DNA of 58,711 bases, filler included, from Narcine bancroftii (taxonomy: Eukaryota): the NCBI RefSeq assembly GCF_036971445.1. It is 5 parts of 5 records of this genome, joined end to end, with 100 filler letters (N's around TTAATTAATTAA, not from the genome) between each part and the next. Parts side by side here need not be neighbours in the genome. Positions count along the whole stretch, not along the records: positions 2,255 to 30,945 come from NC_091477.1; 4 more parts are not named here. One strand, written 5' to 3'. This document shows positions 12,126 to 23,179 of the stretch, piece after piece; the stretch's first letter is position 1; each line of letters opens with the position of its first letter. The position numbers were made by a program, and so were the translations under genes. The notes beneath the pieces are model-generated. The model made no database searches, was not told the origin of the DNA, and saw nothing but the letters and a program-made list of their open reading frames with translations.

Positions 12126-12678
12126 TCCGCTTGCCTCTTATTCTTGGCTTCACTGGGTATCGGCCAGTAACCGTCAATCTTCCTTCGCAACACTAAACCC
12201 GTTATCCTTTGAATAAGCCCAGAAAATCTGTGCCTCGCCATCTCCATGGCAAATGTATTCCTTTCAGTTCCAGCTTCCTTCATCTCAACATCATCTCGAG
12301 ATGCCAATTAACTGTGCTTGGTATCTGATGATTACAAGCAACTTTAATCACAATAACTTTATTATTTTCCTATTTGTGATGAGGGACTTGTAATTTCTTT
12401 TTGAACAATTAACAAATTCAACATTACCTTAATTAAAGCTGCCTGGTACAGGTCACCTTCAAGGTACTGTAAAGCTAATGTGCCCTTTATGAATGAATAA
12501 TACATATGAATATCAATTTGTTAGAATGCAAATACAGATTGTCAGATCTCTCTCTACCTCCAAACCACTTAGAAAATGTGTAGAAAGTATTTCCTTTCAT
12601 TTATGTCACCTAATTATGGTGCGAACCTGCTGTCAGCCATCTGCTAGCTCAACAGAGGGCAGAAGGGCATTTTATCAT

Positions 12679-12786
12679 TCATTTTATCTTGTTAGTTTCT
12701 GCTTCTAATGTACTTAATCTGTGTAGAATGGAAGCACTCAGGGAGGAAAGGTGATGAAGTACACTTCTGCCAAACTTGACCTCTCC
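12679..12786 (-). CDS. Candidate terminal coding exon of an unidentified gene (GEVKFGRSVLHHLSSLSASILHRLSTLEAETNKIK*)
   Basis: Strong polypyrimidine acceptor (CCAACCCCCTTTTCTCTATCTAG) followed by 35 open codons; no homolog recognised. Confidence 0.25.
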   Translation of the reverse strand, partial: GEVKFGRSVLHHLSSLSASILHRLSTLEAETNKIK

Positions 12787-14705
12787 CTAGATAGAGAAAA
12801 GGGGGTTGGAAATGAGATGAGTCGATGAATTTCAATAACCATTTTTAAAAATGCTATTTTCATTAAACGGGAAGCCTGAGCTGTTGAATTTAAAGCATAA
12901 ACTATCTCCAAACACACACACAATCTAGAAAGAAAGACATTTCATGCATCATCCACTGCACAAGGTTATTCATTATAGGATGCCTTTTAAAACTACATTG
13001 TCAGTATTTAACATGACTGTGGTTTACAATGCAATTCCTGTTCCTTCTCGCTGAGACTTGTACACTCAACCTGGTCATCGCTTCAGGTCTTTGCAAATAC
13101 TTTCCCTTTAATGATACAGACAGAAACATGCCCCTTGGAGCATTTTATTTGATTTTTATTGTCACCCAATAGAGACTTAATTCAATCTCTGGAGTAAAGT
13201 TGAAAGCCTTTTAGAACTGGTGTGTTGCGTAGTGACAAGAAATCTCAGTAGCTTTCAGATTCTCCACATTTCAAGCCACAATATACTTGTGTTTCACCGA
13301 AACATGGAAATTTACAAACATTAGCTCAAGATATTAACTTTTTTTAATATATACAAAGAACTGATTTGTCTTATGAACCAGTGTCAGTCATTTTCTTTTG
13401 CTACCTTTCCTCTGCTCTGTTTCCACCTTTCCCATTTTTCCAAAGCCTCCAATGGATTTTTTGTTTGTATCAGTTTTCTCAGGACACTTTTCTCTGACTA
13501 TAAAATGTTATTTAAACAAAAGAAAATGCAGGAATACTTAACTGACCGGACAGAATCTGCGAGGGAAAATAAAAACAAATGAATAAACAGATGTGGCTTT
13601 GTATGGCACATGGATCTCGGGATGATCTGATGCACCTTGTTGTCCAAAGCAATGATTGTTAAATGTAATTTGCTGAATTGAGAGGCATAATTTTGTTGGC
13701 AAAGTCCCTTGAAGAGCATGAAATTGCTGCCTTCTCTGCTCTTGTGACCTTGAGAGCTATTGAGTCTACACCAGACTATTCCCATCACTGCAGAAGATGC
13801 CCAATAGCATTTCATCAGCCCAATCCCCCTTTTTATTTCCTTGAAACCTTTTCTCTCTCATATGTTCATCAATTCCCCTCAATTTCCTTGCCACCCAACT
13901 GCATTAAGTAGTTTATAGTGGCCTGCATCAGTGATCAGTAGCTGTGGGGAGAGATTGGATAGACTGAGCTTGTTTCTTCTGGAGCAAAGGTGGTTGAGAG
14001 GAGACATGAGAGAGGTATAAATAGGAGGGATAAGTGGAATCTTTTCCCCTATGGTTGGATTATCAGAAACAAGAGGGCTTCTGCTTTAGGTGGGATGAAG
14101 GAGTTTTAAAAGGGATTTTGCACAGAGAAATAACTGATGTCGAGAACTTGCTACCAGAGGAGGAATCAAATACATTTATAATAGAATCCCCATTATCTGG
14201 AATTCAATCAAGCAGAAATTCAAACAAAAAAGGAGGAAATCAATCAATCAATCAATCAATCAAATAAATAAGACTGGGCAGATGGACCCCATGGGGGAGC
14301 GCTAAGACTTCGTTGGACCTGTGCAAGCTTGCCCTGCTGAACTAGCAATGCCCCTCCACGTGTGTGCGTTCTTTTCACTGTTGCCACTTGTGTGGTGGTC
14401 TGTCGGGTTGTCGGCGCGAGGAAGGTGCGCCGAGGGCCTGACCGGAGCACTTGCATGAGGTGAAATTGGTCGTCAGTGTAAGTAAGGTGCGCTGACCAGT
14501 TGGGTGGAGGTGAGTTGGGTTGTCAGGGTGGTAAAGGTGCTCATGTAATGCAACACCTTGGAGAAGATGGGAGCAAACGTTCAGCAGTGGAGTGCCCCGA
14601 TTGCAACAACTGTTTGAATAAAGTTTCAATAAAGTTGCATGGGAATGAGAGGCTGGCTGATGCCACTCACCACTGGGTTACTCTCTCAGTGTCTCCCTAT
14701 CCCTG

Positions 14706-14817
14706 CCTAGTAAGAGTCTTTATCTTTATTAGTATTATGTATATTAGTAAGGCTTTTTTTGTAATCTTGGGGAAGGGGCTTAATTATGATGGTGGCACAG
14801 TTGACCTAGTGACTAGT
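14706..14817 (+). repeat. 112-bp direct repeat, copy 1
   Basis: CCTAGTAAGAGTCTTTATC...GACCTAGTGACTAGT is identical by eye to 17031-17142. Confidence 0.95.
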
Positions 14818-15057
14818 TGTGATAGTACAGATCTATCACCAATGTACATAGTGTATATAGTTACTGTATCTAGACTGTGCTTACAGCGATTGGCTGAGAG
14901 CTAAGCCACACCTATTGTTTGGGCCTTAAAGGGTTGTGTCCCTAGCCAGGTCGGATCATTCCGGACTGGTCGGCCACCTGTGAAGAGCTCCGGTCTTTTG
15001 CTAATAAAAGCCTTGGTTTGGATCAACAAGTCTTTGGTTCTTTCGACGAGCTCTACA
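14818..15057 (+). mobile_element. 5' LTR (240 bp) of a Ty3/Gypsy retrotransposon
   Basis: TGT...ACA termini; ATTGG at 14889; TATA-like CTTAAAG at ~14925; AATAAA at 15003; gag ATG 35 nt downstream. No 3' LTR is present, so the right boundary is inferred. Confidence 0.8.
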
Positions 15058-15091
15058 ATTTTATTAGCAAAAGGAATTTTTTTTGAAAGGG

Positions 15092-17035
15092 ATGGAGCGT
15101 TTAACTCGGCCAGAAAAACTTGATATCGACCCACAGTCAGCTACAGCCTTCAAAGCCTTTAACTTCTGGCTGCTGAACTTTGAAAACTTCCTGAGATTCA
15201 TTCAGGTGGAGGAGGATAACCAGCGTCTAACAGCATTGCTGTCTATGGTGTCCTTGAGAGTCTACGAGAACATCCAGGATGAGACCACTTACACCGCAGC
15301 CATAAAGGTACTGAAAGGACTGTATGATCAACCGGTGAACAGAGTTCATGCCCGGCTCATGCTTGCGTCGAGGAAACAACAGCCCGGCGAGTCCAGCAGG
15401 GCATATTTACAAGTACTAAAGGCATTGGGCAAGGACTGTAACTGTGTGGACAAAACTGCTGCCGAGATCACTAGCGACCTCGTCCGGGATGCCTATGTGG
15501 CCGGGCTCCGATCGAACGAAGTGAGGCTGCGTTTGCTCGAACAAGGGGTAGAAAAACTAGAGGACGTGGCCCGGATTGCAATCACGATGGAGGATGCAGC
15601 CTTAAAGTCCACCGAGCTCTCTAGGGACTGGACCCCTCGTTCTGATGTGAGTAGAGTGCCCTTCTACCCTACCCCTGACGGCCTGTCGGCTGCTGCTACC
15701 CTGCCCCGTGCGAACCCAAAATGTTATTTCTGCGGGAGGAACAAGCACAGCAGGTCCCAGTGCCCAGCAAGAAAAGCCAGGTGCCAGAAGTGCCTTAAAA
15801 ACGTCCACTTTGCTGCAGTCTGTAGGTCTAAAATGGCCGCCAGCAAACACAGTGCCTCGTGTGAAGCCCAACCGCCACTATCCCATTCAAACTCTTCTTC
15901 CCCAGAGCTCTCGTCCAATGAGAGCGAGGGCTCCCCTGCACGGCAACGCCTGACGTCACGGAGACGCCGAACCCGGAAGGGGCAACCCACCGTCGCAACC
16001 ATGGTGATGGCCTGCCTCTCGCCCGCCGCTGCTGCCGCCGCCACAGTCACCCCCGGGGCCGACGCTACCGCCGCTGCTGCCACCGCCACGGACACCCCCG
16101 GGGCCGACACTACCGCCGCTGCTGCCGCCGCCACGGACACCCCCGGGGCCGACGCTACCGCCGCTGCTGCCGCCGCCACGGACACCCCCGGGGCCGACGC
16201 TACCGCCGCTGCTGCCGCCGCCACGGACACCCCCGGGGCCGACGCTACCGCCGCTGCCGCCGCCGCCACAGACACCCCCGGGGCCGACGCTACCGCCGCT
16301 GCTGCCGCCGCCACGGACACCTCCGGGGCCGACGCTACAGCCGCTGCTGCCGCCGCCACGGACACCCCCGGGGCCGACGCTACCGCCGCTGCTGCTGCCG
16401 CCACAGACACCCCCGCGGCCAACCAGGTGCTCACCCTAGCGTCCATCGCTGACGACCGCCAGGGCCCGACCACCGATCACGAGCAACTACAAACCCCACT
16501 ACTTACCATTCACCCGCCACAACAGCACTTCCGGGAGGTTCTCCAACCTGCTCCTCGAGCGTTGACTACGTCATCCTGTTGCGTGACGTCATCCCGTTGC
16601 GTGACGTCATCGCGCAAAACTCGCCTGTCAACTGCTTCAATAACATTAAACCAGCAATGCTCTCATCCCCTCACCAGAGCAATGGAACTGATTAAAGTGC
16701 ATGGACACTACACCAATTGCTTATTTGACTCTGGGTCAACTGACAGTTTTATCCAGCCAGATCTGGCCCTCCGTTGGGGACTTGACATTATCCCCACTAC
16801 CCAGAGGATCTCATTAGCGACGAGGTCGCACTCGACTGGGATAAAGGGGTATTGCATCGCCACGCTGGAAGTACAGGGCGTGACGGTCACCCACTTTAAA
16901 TTATTCGTCCTTCCCCAATTGTGCGCCCCAGTGTTGCTGGGATTAGACTTCCAGTGTCAGTTCCAAACGGTGTCCCTACACTTTGGGGGACCCCACGCCC
17001 CCCTCTCGGTCTGCCATCGCCATCGCCCCACCTAG
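15092..17035 (+). CDS. Ty3/Gypsy Gag-aspartic protease polyprotein, truncated before RT
   Basis: Uninterrupted ORF: capsid-like region (RKQQPGES), two Zn knuckles (CYFCGRNKHSRSQC, CQKCLKNVHFAAVC), retropepsin motifs LFDSGS and VLLGLDF. The stop codon comes from the flanking repeat (TAG 17033-17035). Confidence 0.92.
   Translation: MERLTRPEKLDIDPQSATAFKAFNFWLLNFENFLRFIQVEEDNQRLTALLSMVSLRVYENIQDETTYTAAIKVLKGLYDQPVNRVHARLMLASRKQQPGESSRAYLQVLKALGKDCNCVDKTAAEITSDLVRDAYVAGLRSNEVRLRLLEQGVEKLEDVARIAITMEDAALKSTELSRDWTPRSDVSRVPFYPTPDGLSAAATLPRANPKCYFCGRNKHSRSQCPARKARCQKCLKNVHFAAVCRSKMAASKHSASCEAQPPLSHSNSSSPELSSNESEGSPARQRLTSRRRRTRKGQPTVATMVMACLSPAAAAAATVTPGADATAAAATATDTPGADTTAAAAAATDTPGADATAAAAAATDTPGADATAAAAAATDTPGADATAAAAAATDTPGADATAAAAAATDTSGADATAAAAAATDTPGADATAAAAAATDTPAANQVLTLASIADDRQGPTTDHEQLQTPLLTIHPPQQHFREVLQPAPRALTTSSCCVTSSRCVTSSRKTRLSTASITLNQQCSHPLTRAMELIKVHGHYTNCLFDSGSTDSFIQPDLALRWGLDIIPTTQRISLATRSHSTGIKGYCIATLEVQGVTVTHFKLFVLPQLCAPVLLGLDFQCQFQTVSLHFGGPHAPLSVCHRHRPT
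16024..16416 (+). repeat. In-frame 45-bp tandem repeat (~8.7 copies) encoding DTPGADATAAAAAAT
   Basis: GCCACGGACACCCCCGGGGCCGACGCTACCGCCGCTGCTGCCGCC units, nearly identical, CpGs largely intact. Confidence 0.95.
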
Positions 17036-17142
17036 TAAGAGTCTTTATCTTTATTAGTATTATGTATATTAGTAAGGCTTTTTTTGTAATCTTGGGGAAG
17101 GGGCTTAATTATGATGGTGGCACAGTTGACCTAGTGACTAGT
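17031..17142 (+). repeat. 112-bp direct repeat, copy 2
   Basis: Matches 14706-14817; the host element resumes at 17143. Confidence 0.95.
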
Positions 17143-18689
17143 GCAACACTCTTACTTCACCGGCGACTGGGGTTTGAATTTAAATTTAAATGTAAGTTAC
17201 GGGAATTTTCTGATTAAAGTGAACTTTACATTAAGATAACAATACTAATCTTTTTCAAATTACATTTTGCACTGTCTTTTATGTTTTAAATGGTGTTTTC
17301 TTAATACAGGTGTATTAGTTAGGCATTGGAAGAATGAGTCTCAGTCAAATGGACAATTTGCATATCTGACATCTGCGATCCTGTAAGTGCCACATAATTG
17401 GGATTCTACTGTACTATGTTTAAGAGGCATTTGGACTGTTACTTGGACAAGGCATAGAATGCAACAATTCTACTGTAGGCCAAATGGATTAGCCAAGTCA
17501 AGTTTGTCATCTGATTTGAACAAGTACAATCTGATGAAACAGTGTTTTCCCAGTCCTCGGTTCAAAACGTGCAGACATACAACCAGACAAAACAGAGAGA
17601 CAAACAATACATATGCAGAACAAGTATTTTTTTCTATACAAATAAATAAATATTGTTTTGTACACATGATGGAAGAAAAAAGTCAATGAACCCACACCAG
17701 GCTGCAGACAGCTGGAGTCTGGCTTGAAACTAGCTGAAGGGGTACCAGGTATCGGAATCGGGTGGCGAGAAGGTGCTGAGGACACTGAAGGCTGCCTAAT
17801 TGTATCAGAGGTTGGGTTCTGGAGCTCGGGTTGGTGACGTTTTGGACTAGACTTTGCGGGAGGGCTGGAGGCGAATCCATGGATGCTCAGTGATCCTGGG
17901 GGATCTCTCTTTTGCTTCTTTCTTTGACTGTGTGGCTCCAGGCAATATCTGCTAATGGCGAATCTGTCTGCCTTACAGCAGACAAAAGCAACTTTGTGCA
18001 ATATGACACTCTTTTTATTACATGATAATAAATTGAGTCTTGAGTCTGAGCAGTTCCTTTGGTTGTTCACCGTTCTCACTGCCCGCAAGAAGAGTAAATA
18101 GGCCTATGGTGTGGCATGGCCCTGGTGGGCCAGATGATCTGTTTCTTGTTGCACAATTTTATGATTCAATGACTTAACCAGTACATCTTTCGGAAGAATC
18201 CAGAATACCTGGAAGAAACCAATGCTTTTACAGGGCGAATGTACAAATGCCACCCAGACTGCTTCCAAGGTCAGAATCGAACTTGGGTCACTGGTGTTAT
18301 CAGGCAGCAGCGATAAATGCTGCTCCACTTTGACCCTGCTCCATATACTCACTAAAACTTGCTGGAATTTCTCAAACTTGAGCCTGTGTCTGCCAAAGAC
18401 ATAGCACTTGCAAGTCTCAGATATGTTGGTGCAATATGAAATTAATTGATTCATTCTCATTTTAATGAGACCAAGTGGTTTAGCAGAAGTATAGATGAAA
18501 CATACAGAATTCATTTTGCTGTTGCTAAGCAATTAATCAAAATCTCACAGCAGGTGAAATTGGTGCCACAATGAACCTACAGATCAAAAGTACAATTGTA
18601 ATGCTGTGTCCTTGAGTGGTCTGCTTCCTTGGAACTTTGAATTGGAGTGTAAAGCTGTTTTAAGTTTAACATATTGTCTCGGAGAACAA

Positions 18690-19200
18690 TAAACACCTCA
18701 TTTTTCACCTGGGATTTTTACAAACCATTGGGATAAACACTGAATTTTCTAATTTCAGGTAATCCTCTATTCCTGTGTTTTCCTCCCCCTCCTTCTAATC
18801 CTCCTTTTTTTCCCCTCCCAGTTATGTTCTATCTCATTTCCCCCCCCCCCTTTACTCCCGTCTCTCTCTCTCCTAATTTCACCCATCAGTCCCCTCCCCC
18901 ATCTGGTTCTACTTACCTCCAGCTTTCAGTTCCTATTATCACTTTCCTTGTGTCAGATTCCAGCACTGTTACTGTTCATCGCCTGCCCACCTCCTGGCCC
19001 CAAGCAGCTGCCTCCACCACCTTCTCTCCCACCTCGCTCCTCCTCCATCTCCCAATTCCATCCCTCTATGCCACAAGCTGGGACCATCATGCTTCACCCT
19101 TCCCTGATCCACCAATCTCCTTCTGGCTTCTGTCTCCTCTTCTTTCCTCTCCACTTGCAGTGCTAAAGCAGGATTTCGACCTGACTCGTAGATGATTTCT
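18690..19200 (+). mobile_element. Penelope-like 3' remnant
   Basis: Degenerate HLIFHLGILQT.GINTEFSNFR* at ~18694-18762, followed by a C/T-rich tract. Confidence 0.5.
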
Positions 19201-19777
19201 CCACCAGACAACCGTCTAGAGACCTTCTGTTACTAGGCCTTGAGGGGAAGTCCTTCAAACAGCAGAAGTCAGAGTAATGACAAGATGCCAACAGTAATGG
19301 TTCTAAATAGAGAGCAAATGTAACAATGTACATTGATGAAATGTATGGATGTGACACCACGGACGTGAAAAGACTTTGAATACTTTTGCTTTTTTTGTGG
19401 GGAAAAAAAATCTCTTGTGAATAAAGCTTATTTTTGGAAGAAAAATCATTCTCCTGTCCCCCGCAAATGCTGCGTCACCTCCTGAATTCCTCCAGCAGTT
19501 TGCTATTGGCTCCAGATTCCAGCATCTGCAGTCTCTTGTGTGTCTCTCTCTGTTGTCACTGTCACCTACAATAGCTCTTCTCTGAACATGGTGGAAAGCA
19601 AGCAGATTGGACAGTCATTTATCTGGGGAATGGGATGTTCATGTAACAGCTCCTCAGAAGTTGCACATTAGTTTATCAAAACCATAGAATCGTACAGCAC
19701 AGACACAGTCAAGCACCATTTCTTTCACTCAAGATAATGAACTGTCCTTGTGCTGTGTGATTTTAGGCCTACTGATT

Positions 19778-20244
19778 CTTCTTCTTTGGCTTGGCTTCGC
19801 GGACGAAGATTTATGGAGGGGGTAAATGTCCACGTCAGCTGCAGGCTCGTTTGTGGCAGACAAGTCTGATGCGGGACAGGCAGACACGGTTGCAGGGGAA
19901 AATTGGTTGGTTGGGGTTGGGTGTGGGGTTTTTCCTCCTTTGTCTTTTGTCAGTGAGGTGGGCTCTGCAGTCTTCTTCAAAGGAGGTTGCTGCCCGCCGA
20001 ACTGTGAGGCACCAAGATGTACGGTTTGAGGCGATATCAGCCCACTGGTGGTGGTCAATGTGGCAGGCACCAAGAGATTTCTTTAGGCAGTCCTTGTACC
20101 TCTTCTTTGGTGCACCTCTGTCACGGTGGCCAGTGGAGAGCTCGCCATAGAACACGATCTTGGGAAGGCGATGGTCCTCCATTCTGGAGACGTGACCCAC
20201 CCAGCGCAGCTGGATCTTCAGCAGCGTGGACTCGATGCTGTCGA
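19778..20244 (-). mobile_element. 5'-truncated RTE-clade LINE (ORF2 C-terminus and (GAA)n tail)
   Basis: GHVSRMEDHRLPKIVFYGELSTGHRDRGAPKKRYKDCLK...C..C...HKRAC; 10-bp TSD CCTACTGATT at 19768-19777 and 20245-20254. Confidence 0.9.
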
Positions 20245-20769
20245 CCTACTGATTAGTTGCCCTCTGAAAATGCCTCATCCACATTGCAGGAATGAATTTT
20301 TAAAAAACACACGGGACCTTCTTTTAGAAGTGTCATTTTAAAAAATCTCCATCAACAGACAGGATTCCACCCTGTGGTATTTCGTGTTTATCCATTGTTT
20401 AAACTTGTGCATTTGCAATGAAATACTGTGAAGGAGCATCAGGTCGATTAACACCTGCTGTGAAAAAGCGCATTAATCAGCTGTGTGCACCCCTTCATTA
20501 AAACTGATAGGATGGTGTGCTTTCCAGCTCTGCCTTTGTACTTTTAGCCCGTTGATGTTGTGCTTGCTGTGAAATAGTTGTTGATATTTTCTTGGCTTGT
20601 TATCGGTCTTGCAATTGCTGTAATTTTGCAGCTGAATTGTCTTTAGGTTTCCAAGGATCTGTGTAATGGTTCATCAGGCCAGCTCTACCTAAAAATCCTT
20701 TACAAAGAAATAATCAAAGCTATGGCACCATCATGATCTAGTATCACAGATTTTAATTTAAAAAGGCCA

Positions 20770-21545
20770 TGAGTCAGCATACAGGAGGGCGATTGAAAAT
20801 TGGCTGAATGGTGCACCAACAATAACCTTGCACTCAATGTTACCAAAACTAAGGAACTGATTGTTGACTTCAGGAAGGGAAAGTTGAAGGTATACAATCC
20901 AGTGATCATTGAGGGATCAGTGGTGGAGAGGGTGAGAAAATTTAAGTTCTTGGGAGTCACTGTCTTGGAGGCTCTTTCTTGGACCCAACACATCAATGGC
21001 ACCGTGAAGAAAGCACGTTAATGGCTTTGTTTCCTCAGAAGTTTGCGGAAGTCTGGCATGAGACCAGAACCCTTGGCAAATTTCTACAGAGGTGTAGTGG
21101 AAAGTGTGCTGAACAGCTGCATCAGAGTTTGGTATGGTGACAGTGATACTTCTGAGCGTAAAGCCCTCCAAAGGTAGTGGACATCGCATCACAGGGAAAA
21201 CCTTCCACACTATTGAGAACAGGCAACGCTGCTGTTAGAGAGCAGCAGCAATCGTCAAGGATCCATACCACCCAGCACTCGCTCTGTTCTCGCTGCTGCC
21301 ATCAGGAAAGAAGTATAGGCTCACAAGACTCACACCACCAGGTTCAGGAACAGCTGCTACCCGTCCAAAAACAAACTCTATCAGGGACTCATTTAAGGAC
21401 TCTTACCTGTGCTATTTGTTTACATATATAGACTGTGTACAGTTTTTTGCACTACCAATAAAGTGCTAATCCTGCCTGTCCCACAGGTAAAATAATCTCA
21501 GGATTGTATGTGATGTCATGTATGTATTCTGATAATAAATCTGAA
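20770..21545 (+). mobile_element. Rex1/Babar-type LINE 3' fragment
   Basis: WCTNNNLALNVTKTKELIVDFRK...FKFLGV...LSW...FYRGVVESVL...WYG with in-frame stops. Confidence 0.85.
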
Positions 21546-22016
21546 ATCTATTGTAACTTGCTGTTCATCAAGAGCATTAGATTTTCCATGTATTTGTTTG
21601 TAATGATTGTGGCCATAGACTAACGACAAATGCATTCAAATTGGTGAAACTGCAAAGTTACATGATGATCATAAAATTGACCAGATTATTGCATAAAGCT
21701 TGTTAGTTTGCCTACAGAACCATTTGATAGGGCTGACTGATTCTCAGAATAAATGCCTTTCCCTGAAAGGAATGAGCAATAAATAGAATGTTCCTAAAAC
21801 TGAATGAACCATGGAGATCTGGGGTGCATGGTTTTAGTCTTTTGGGGGTCATATCCATCTGGAAACTGTGGATGCCAAAAGCAATTCACTTAGATCATGG
21901 ACTGGCCACTAGGATGTTAGAATCTCTCGTGACTCTCTGGTTAGTTCTGGATAACGTACGCAGTTTGGAACTGAAGTGAGGTTTAAGTTTAATTAATTTT
22001 TATCTCAGTGGTCAAA

Positions 22017-22102
22017 TTATCTTGAGGGAACAAATGCCTTAAGAGCATAGACAGCGTAGACCTTCAGTGCAAGGTACATAAAGGCAGGTTCCCTCATGGA
22101 TC
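22017..22102 (-). CDS. Candidate exon of an unidentified gene ((G)SMREPAFMYLALKVYAVYALK...)
   Basis: Very strong acceptor TTTTCTTCTCCTTTTTCTCTGCTAG in non-repetitive sequence; reading frame and 3' end uncertain. Confidence 0.3.
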
Positions 22103-23179
22103 CTAGCAGAGAAAAAGGAGAAGAAAATGAATGCATAAATAAATGCCCCGATTTGTGTGAAGTTTATTAATCTGTTCCTGTCAATATTGTATTCCCTCTC
22201 CAGGTTGGGCAAATAACTTAGATCTGATTTCCAGTTAGTGAGGCACATGTAGGGTTCACTGCCATTTAGCAACCTACATCTCAGGGGCTGAGTGAATTCT
22301 GGCCAGGATTCCAAACTGCATTAACAGCACTTAAAAATTGCATTGGAATCAATTTAGCAATATCCTACAAAATCACAATTTCCTTTCTAATTGTTCCTAA
22401 ATCTAATTTCTATAAATGCATTTCTGTTAATGCATTTTTAAATTTAACCCATGGATTCCAATTCATTTCTGAAGCTTTTAAGGTTGGTGTGGCTACGATC
22501 TTCCCATATGAAGAAATAATTAGTAGTGACAATTTTAATTGAGTTAAAGTCTCCATTAAAACTTTTAGTCAAAATTCCGAACAAAGAAATGGACTGTATT
22601 CTTCATATTGTTGGGAGTAAATTCTGGGATATTGTATCAAACTTTTCTGATGCACCCGATGATATTAAATTTATATTTAGACATACAGCACGGTAACAGG
22701 CCATTTCAGCCCTTGAGCCTATGATGCGCAATTACACCCAATTAGCCTACAATCCCAGTACGTTTCAAACGGTGGGGGGAAACTGAAGGCCTGGGGAAAA
22801 CCCACGCAGACACAAGGAGAAGGCGCAAACTTCTTACAGACAGCATGGGATTCGAATGCTGATTGCTGGCGCTAACCACTATACCACTCCATATATAACT
22901 AAGCAAGTTGTTTACGGTTCAGATTTCCAGCATCTGTAGTTATTATTGCATTTGAAACAATTATGGGAGTGTTTTCTCCAGAAGGAGTGTAATGATTGAA
23001 GAATGGCGTTCACCTTTCCTCATGGGCCAAGGCATATGGGCAATAAATACTGGCCTCACAGGAATGTCCACAAGCCAGAAAGGAACATGTCTGGCAGTGT
23101 CAGATATTGCCTGATAAGACTCATGGGAAGTGCAATGAGATAGAACACAGGAACAGCACACGAGTCTGAGCTAGACATG

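Larger units (their letters stand above)
14179..17411. mobile_element. Non-autonomous Tigger-like DNA transposon hosting the Gypsy insertion
   Basis: TIR-like ends ATAGAATCCCCATTATCTGG (~14182) and CACATAATTGGGATTCTACTG-TA (~17391-17413). A copy of its right part without the Gypsy insertion lies inverted at ~38343-38890. Confidence 0.65.

Noticed and set aside
14979-15073. H-type pseudoknot from the two GAGCTC motifs plus the 15-bp stem
   Set aside because: Only 1 nt separates the two 3' strands, so both long helices cannot form together, and GAGCTC is self-palindromic.
16024-16416. Antifreeze protein (type I AFP or AFGP) resemblance
   Set aside because: Lacks 11-residue Thr periodicity and Thr-Ala-Ala tripeptide repeats, has a Pro-Gly break in most units and no signal peptide, and is embedded in Gag.
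15724-16473. 249-aa antisense ORF (VSVAAAAAAVASAPG)n
   Set aside because: Shadow of the stop-free GC-rich 45-bp repeat; no independent coding evidence.
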